A DNA stretch of 64,000 bases from assembly GCA_004431415.1 (NCBI GenBank), contig QPMI01000133.1:248001-312000 (forward strand), read 5' to 3'. Positions 57,529 to 64,000 of this stretch are shown here, in pieces. A model generated the notes under the pieces. It was not told where the DNA came from. It did not search any database and saw only the letters and a program-made list of their open reading frames with translations. Numbering within the stretch: the first letter of the stretch is position 1; each line of letters starts with the position of its first letter. The position numbers and the translations under genes were made by a program. This DNA comes from Cyanophora paradoxa CCMP329 (taxonomy: Eukaryota; Plantae; Glaucophyta).

Positions 57529-58201
57529 CTCTATCCGCTCACCGTGCCTGCATGCGCAGCTGCAGCTGCAGCTGGTCGGTCACTCAGAGGGCTCAGTGAT
57601 TAGGATCTATAGCTAGCTATATGCACTCACGCGTATACGTATACAGCGATCGACCGCGCACGGCGCGGGCCGAGGCCTAGGCTTGACTCTCAGGCGTGCA
57701 CGTGACTTCGACGACGACGAGTGCCACTGGGGTGACTGGGCCAACATGTACAGCGTACGCGACTAGTACGCGTACGCCGTCGACGTCGGCGCCGCGGCGC
57801 GTCGATCGCGTACTACGTATATACGGTACGCGTCGTGGCCGGGGCATGCAATTGCAAGTTTGCAACGTGCAACGTTGAACGTCGAACTCGGAACCTGAGT
57901 CGACGTCGGAAGCGCAACTTAAAAAGCTTGCTGCCAGGCTGGCAAGCTTGCAATTGAAGTATACGTATACGGTACACCGTACTACGGACTACTACGTAGT
58001 ACGTATACGTACTACGGTACTATCATAGTATACCGGTAGTCTATAGCTACGTACTACGGACCTCTACCGTGGGCTCTACGGTATACTGGTACAGCTCCGA
58101 ATCCGCGGGGGTACGTATACGTACTACGGACCAGTCTACGCGTACGCGTACGGTATGTACATGTATGATGTATCATGTACATGGATCCGGAGTCCTAGCT
58201 A

Positions 58202-58831
58202 CTGTAGAACGGGTAATATTTAAGACCCCAGAATATTTAGTTATCCCGAGTTTTGGCCGGTTTAGTAGCCTGAAAATATTTAAGACTTGGCCGCGGAGCG
58301 CTTTAGTAGGGAGCTTTAGTAGGCCCTAGGGGGTGGGCGCGGCGCGCGCGGGGGGGTCTGCTGGTGCGCCCCGGCCCCCCGCACTTCGCACAGCTCGTAT
58401 GTACTTCAAGAAACAGCTCTAGCACTATAGCTAGCGCTAGCACTAGCGCTAGCTGCAGCTCAGATCTAGATCTAGATCTCGCACTCCCTTCGGCGGCATG
58501 CTTAATTATATTATAAATTCTCCCGCGCTGCATGCAACTACGGCTGCTCCGACGCGACAGAGCTAGGTACCCCCCCACGCGGTTCAGGTTTAATATACGG
58601 TAAATATTTAGTACTCAGCCCTCAAAACTTTGGTACTTTTCGGGTTCGGTTCCTGCTGTTTCCGCTACGTTGTACTTCGAATCCCTGTGATTCCCGATAC
58701 CGTGACTTGTATCCTCGTTGTGTACTACGAGTGGGCACGCCCACCGTAGATCTTTAAAAAAAAAACTTTGGTACTAAAAAGATATCGATCCAGTACTAGT
58801 ATACTAAATATTTCCCGATCTACATGTACAG
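58202..58831. mobile_element. Probable TA-targeting (Tc1/mariner-like) non-autonomous element
   Basis: Left end TA|CTGTAGAACGGGTAATATTTA; right end reverse complement TA|CTGTA(CATGTA)GATCGGGAAATATTTA. Internal AATATTTA repeats; contains a nested retroposon. Confidence 0.55.
58638..58761 (+). mobile_element. Short poly(A) retroposon (SINE or truncated LINE 3' end), family B
   Basis: 14-bp TSD AAAACTTTGGTACT at 58624-58637 and 58762-58775; A-tail; 3' stem-loop GTGGGC-AC-GCCCAC at 58731-58744. Confidence 0.8.
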
Positions 58832-58924
58832 TATAGCTGGCCACTGCTAGGAATTTCCACGGAATTTCCGGATCCGGTCCACCGGTACACGGTAGCGGCG
58901 TAGCGCTAGCCTAGTACTCCAGTT

Positions 58925-59437
58925 CAGTGATGGCATTTTTTCTAGAAACTTTTCTATAAACAATTTCGAAATCAATTTCGAAATTGTTTCCGAAAAGGTC
59001 CCGAGAGACCCCCCTAATTAGGAATTGTTTCTATTTAAGGGGGGTACTCTCGTTTTGCCACATTCTGCGCGAAACACGGCGAAACAACGCATTAGAATGA
59101 TAGGAAACGTGATAGAAAGGTTAAACAACACGATAGGAGTCTATCGTAAACGTCTAGAACCGGAACTCAGCCGCCAACAAGGCTCAGCGGCTGGCAGGGG
59201 GTACGAGGTGTGAATTTCCCTTTCGTACTGTCGCATGTTCTGATGATCAGGAAGACACGAAACTGGACAGTTACCAATAAGGAAAGCATAAGAAGGTTAA
59301 AGGGAGCGTCAGGCATCAGAAGAAGGGCCCTCGGGAGGGGCCCCTGATTTCGGAAATATTTCGGAAATATTTCCGAAATATTTCGGAAACGTTTCCGAAA
59401 TGGTCCATTTTTGGGTTAATTCGGAATTCCATCACTG
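58925..59437. mobile_element. Non-autonomous hAT-type element, 513 bp
   Basis: TIR CAGTGATGG(C/A)ATT; 8-bp TSD CTCCAGTT at 58917-58924 and 59438-59445; subterminal TTTCG(G)AAA repeats at both ends. Confidence 0.88.
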
Positions 59438-59718
59438 CTCCAGTTACCAGAGTCCAGTAGTAGAGTATACGTAGCAGCCGAGTCCGACGGTCGCCGAGTC
59501 GACGCCGACTCGCCGTCGACCGTACGCGCACGTACACGTCGCGTCCTATGCAATGTCACAGTGTATGCATTGTCTCCGAATTGAAATGGATAATGTTTTG
59601 GATTCAATTGAATCGGATAGTTTTTTGGATTCCGCGAGCTCGAGCCTCGAGCAGCTGAAGGTTCGCGTCGTTCGCGATCGATTCCGAAGTTCGAATCCCC
59701 TTATAATTAAAAAGCTTA

Positions 59719-60021
59719 CCGTAAAACACAATATTAATTCGCACGATATTAGTTCGTTTTTGGACCCGGAGTCCCGGACCCCCACCATATATAGTAATTA
59801 ATTAGTTCGGTCGACGTCTCAAATTAGTGCGTTTTTGCCTTATCGGAGTGTGGGGCGGGGGGTACACGCCGTATATATATAGTGCGTCCTTATATTTGTG
59901 CGGTATTTTTCTTAGCGTCCTTATATTTGTGCGGTTTCAAATTAGTGCGTTTTCACGGCAAAAAACGCACTAATTTGGTGCCGAACTAATATTATGCGCG
60001 AACTAATATTCTGTCTTACGG
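59719..60021. mobile_element. MITE with TA TSD (Tc1/mariner/pogo-like), 303 bp
   Basis: TA|CCGTAAAACACAATATTAATTCGC versus the right-end reverse complement TA|CCGTAAGACAGAATATTAGTTCGC (3 mismatches in 24). Internal ATTAGTGCG/ATTAGTTCG repeats. Confidence 0.82.
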
Positions 60022-60194
60022 TATGCTTAGGTCGTGACTCGTGACTCGTGAGTCGCGATCGTGACCGTCGAACCGTCGATTCATGACGCGTATACGCGTA
60101 CGTGACCGTCGAATTCGAACGGTCGGGTACCGGGGTAGTAGGGGGGTACATGTACAGGCTACCCTGGGTACTCCACCAGTGTACCGTAAAGTAG

Positions 60195-60232
60195 TTTTTG
60201 TTTTTTTGTGAATTACCGGCCACAGTCTCTAG
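60195..60232 (-). mobile_element. Extremely truncated copy of retroposon family A 3' end
   Basis: Reverse complement CTAGAGACTGTGGCCGGTAATTCAC plus an A-rich tail; 25/25 identical to 22112-22136. Confidence 0.7.
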
Positions 60233-60857
60233 TTACTGGTACAGGCATGCAGGGGGGGCTCCGCCCCCCCCGCACCCTCCCCCCCCCCTGCTAGCTGGCC
60301 AATCGGAATTGCGAGCGCAGGTATTGGTGGCCTAGCTACAGGTTTAAATAACCAATCACCAAGTCACCCGAGTTTTAGGCTGGGGCGTTTGGACTTGACT
60401 CGCCGTAGTAAGCGATTTCAACTCAAATCTTGTGACGTACCCCAGCCGCTAATAATTAGGCCAGGCTCCCTGATCACGAGTCATTGTCGTGACACTTCAT
60501 GATCAGTCACTGAGTTAAAACGTTGTTTTTGAGAGACTATGGTGGGCCCGGGGCCGGGGCGAACCCCCGTACAGTACGTATACTCAGGTACTAGCATAAT
60601 AAGACAACAAAAAAAGGAACGAGAACCAGGACCCGAGATGCCCCCCGAGAGCACATCCGATGCAAATGATCACTGGTACCGGTAATACATGAGTTCACTC
60701 AACAAGGTTAATACTCTGGTACAGGCTCGTACAGCTCTACGTAATACGTTTACGTTAACCGATAGTTCACTGAGTCACTCAATTAGCGATAATTAGCTAC
60801 TGAGTCACACCAGTGCTGGTACGTATACTGTCCTCCGAGGCTCGGCACATCTTCCAC

Positions 60858-63816
60858 TCAGGCGGGGGCGACGCGGATGGCGGGTACGCCGCCGCAGAGC
60901 GCCGCGAAGCTGAGCGCGAGGCCGGCGGAGCCGGGGGGGGTACTGGTCGGGACGCCGCCCCCGTCTTCCATCTCGGGGGCGTGGAGGAGGAAGAGGGTGC
61001 GGAGCTTGCGCTCCTGGCGGAGGCAGACGACGAGGCACACGGCGACGGGGCTCAGGATGAAGCCCGCCATGTCCACGATCCGCCTGCGCGCCCCGCGCCC
61101 GGGCCCCGCCCCGTCAGCCGCAGCCTGCGCGTGCCGCAGTGCAGGGGGCGGCGAGGCCCTCGAGGCTTCTTCGTTTGCAGCCGCACCCGGAAAGAAGGGG
61201 GTCGCGGGGGGAGAGAGCGTAGAGGCCGTACGGGAGGGACACGCAGGAGGCCAGGAGGAAGGCGCGGGGGGGTACCCAGAAGGTGCTCGAGATCATGGTG
61301 AAGGTGATGTAGAGCGACACCTTGGCCCACGCCTGCGCCCGGCTCGGCGGGGGGTACGGGAGGGCGGAGGGGGGTACGGACCTCGACGATGTACGGAGCG
61401 ATGGATTCGAATCGGCGGAGGGAGGTGAGGGCGGCCATTTGTCCGACGAGGCAGGCCCCCGTCGTGAAGAAGGCGATGAACGGCACGAGCCGCGCCGGCC
61501 GCGCGTGCAGCATGACCGTACCCGCCAGAAAGACGCCCCCGCACACGAAGAACTGCGCCAGGGGGGGCCGGAGCAGGTAAGTAAGACCGGGGCCGCATGG
61601 CACGGCGAACGAACGAAAGGTCGCACCTCGAGGATCCAGTCGGGCCGGCGGGGGCCGACGAATTCGAGGAAGGGAAGGCCCGAGCGGGACGCGGCGAGCG
61701 CGGCGGCGGACGCGAGGGAGCTGAGGTACATCGCGAGAAGCGGCGCCGACAGGAACCGAACCCTACAGCGGCGCCGCTTGAGCATCGGCGGGGTTCGGGG
61801 ATGCCGGGGGGTACGCGGGCCGCACCGGGACCAGGCGCGGTTGCAGTAGAAGATCTGGTACCCCCGCTCGGCCTCGGGGGAGGGGAAGGGGCTGCCCGCG
61901 ACCAGCCAGCGCAGGAGCCGCCTCAGCCGCCCGCGCGGCGCGACGCGCGCCGCCTCTTCGTGGTTCGCCGGTTCCGCCGAGTCGCCGGTACCCCCCTCGG
62001 GGCCGGTAAGGGGGTCCCGCGAGGAAGGGGTGTCGGGGCCGGGGGTAGAGCCCGAAGCGCTCCACTCCGGCACGACGCCGGCCGGCGAGAGCCGCAGCGC
62101 TAGGGCGCGCTGCGGCGTCCCGCCTCAGCGCCTCGGCAGGGGAGGGCGGGGGCGGGCTGGGTGGGAGGGGGGTACCGCGCTTGCGAAAGACCCCGCTGAA
62201 CCGGAGGAGGTTCTGGGCGCGCTGCCGCCGCCAGACGTCCGCCACGCGCCCGCCTCCGGAGCAAGGGTCTGGAGCCCCGCCCCAGACCCGGATCCGACGG
62301 CGAGGGACCGGAAAGGGACGGGGCGGGGCGTGTCGCCGGCGGGGCCCGGGGCCGGCGCGGCGCGCTCCGCTGGCCGCTCCTCGTCAGCCGAGTCGGCTCC
62401 GGCCGACGGCGACTGAGGCAGCTGCAGGGGAGGCGCCCGCCTCTCGAACGGGCTCGAATCCGGGGGCGGACTTGTCCGGTGCCCTGCCGCCTAGGGCCCA
62501 GAGGCTCGGAAGGGGATACCGCGCCCGGGGGCGGGGGGGCGGGGAGGGGGACGGGGGGTACCAGGACTTGGAGGAACAGGCGGCGCTCGCCGCGCTCGCG
62601 GAGGTACGAGGCAGCAACCGCCAGCACGCCGCTCAGCGCGCACTGCGCCCGCGTCGGCGCCGGCCCGGGGGTACGGGGGAGGAGGGAAGGGGGGTACGGG
62701 CGCACGGTGCCGTGCTGCTCAAGGGAAAGGCAGGGCGGGCCAGAAAGACCGAGTCCCAGGACGAACGGGATCGGTGCGAGGGACTGAACCGGCGTCGCGT
62801 CGGGCCCGGGGGGGCGCGAGGGGATGGGGGAAGGAACGACAGAGGAGGGGGTACCTCAAGAACGAGGAGGAGGGATACGATGACGGATACGTGGAATCGC
62901 AGATTCAAAAAGGTGCACGTGAACTGGGCGGACGTCACGCGGGCTTCGGGGTAACGCAAAGACCGTCAGAAACGCGTACCCAGAGCATGATGACGCAGAT
63001 GATCGGGGCATGGTACGCGCAGCGGTCGCCCGTCACATTGTACACCGCAAGAATTTCAAACATGAAACGCTGTGGCCCCGTCAGGCGTCTGGAGGTGTAC
63101 AGCGGATCGGGCCGGCGAGGGGGGTACCTGGGAGATGGAGAAGGATACGACGGAGAGGGATGCGAGGGGCTCAAAGATGCGCGGGAATACGCCTCGCGAG
63201 AAGGACGCGCCGAAGAGGGCGAGCTGGAAGGGGGCCGAGAACCCAAGCTGGATCCAGGGGTACGCGCCGAATCGTTCGTTCCGCGGAAGCGTGAGAGCCA
63301 TCATAATGTTCACAAGGAGGACGAGAATGGACGCCACGCGGGCGCCGACCGCGCTGCTCAGAGCGGTCTGCTCCATGTAGCGCCTGCGAGGTCCGGGCGG
63401 CCGCGGGTCAAGAACGTACGGGCGCGCGGCGGCCGCGGAGAGGATCTAGAAGAGAGGGGAGCGCGGCCGCACCGCTCGAGGGCGGCGGCCGCGGGGCGGG
63501 CGCCGACGTCGATGCCGTCAGCGGCGACGCACGAGGCGTCGCCGTCGGCGCGGGAGTTGGGCATGCGCTTCGCGCCGGCGCCGGCGGGGACGAAGCGGAG
63601 CGTCCAGCGGGAGAGGTCCATGCCGCGGCGGCGGCGGTGGTGGAAGGACGGGACGGCGACAGGCCCCTCGCGCGCCTCCGCGGGGCCGTCGGAGGGGAGC
63701 ACGGCCGCGCCCGAGGCCGTCCCCGCCACCACCAGAGCTGACACGAGGCTCCGCATGCCGGCGAACCCGCGGCCGAAGCGGCCGCGGGCCGCCTCCGCAT
63801 CTGGCGGGTCGCTCAT
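60858..63816 (-). CDS. Paralog of the 2..3125 membrane protein (adenylyl-cyclase-anchor-like, no cyclase domain), complete
   Basis: MSDPPDAEAARGRFGRGFAGMRSLVSALVVAG..RWTLRF..ERRYMEQTALSS..SYLRERGERRLFL..FPSPEAERGYQIFY..AWAKVSLYITFTMISSTFW..RQERKLRTLFLLHAP..RVAPA*. Exons are highly similar to copy 1, while introns and the C-tail have diverged. Confidence 0.78.
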
Positions 63817-64000
63817 CCCTTCACTTGGCGATGATCCTAGGGCTCGCTGGGCCGGGGCTCCATTCAGCGACTCGCCGGGCTGTGTCGCTGCAGAGTCGTG
63901 GGGAGCTTACACCCGCAACTTCTGCCTGGCTGATGATGAAGCGATGCAAGAAACCGCGAAGCTGCTGTGCAGCTGTGTAAGACGGTACTAAGACCTCGCG

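Noticed and set aside
57600-58200. Dense short palindromes (tacgta, gtatac, gtcgac) as a structured RNA or regulatory array
   Set aside because: Similar low-complexity palindromic tracts occur in other intergenic parts of the window; no defined unit or long stem.
1-64000. tRNA/rRNA genes and an autonomous transposase or reverse transcriptase
   Set aside because: None recognised by eye; a covariance-model or HMM search would be needed to exclude them.

Overview
GC-rich, intron-dense eukaryotic nuclear DNA, with short GT-AG introns and donors mostly gtgcgc/gtaccc/gtccgc. A plastid-type ATP/ADP translocase with a Phe-containing N-terminal extension suggests a primary-plastid alga, possibly a glaucophyte such as Cyanophora (inference only). 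From left to right the window holds: (1) a partial polytopic membrane-protein gene resembling the two 6-TM anchors of transmembrane adenylyl cyclases but with no cyclase domain, with an inverted paralog at the far right end; (2) a 13-exon GDP-mannose pyrophosphorylase; (3) a Lys-rich/acidic multi-exon protein of unknown function; (4) the NTT/TLC translocase; (5) a frameshifted unknown gene and a TE-rich spacer containing a non-autonomous CACTA element and a truncated retroposon; (6) a ~35-kb minus-strand gene encoding a predicted ~10,000-aa single-pass surface protein; (7) a nest of small transposons. The giant protein reads: signal-like N-terminus, three repeated beta-rich head modules separated by 1, 4 and 8 copies of an 8-Cys repeat, ~58 FN3-like domains (48 nearly identical, in one 18.6-kb exon), filamin-like repeats, a REJ/GAIN-like region with a degenerate GPS-like motif, one TM helix and a short tail. 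All gene models were spliced by eye and no database searches were run.
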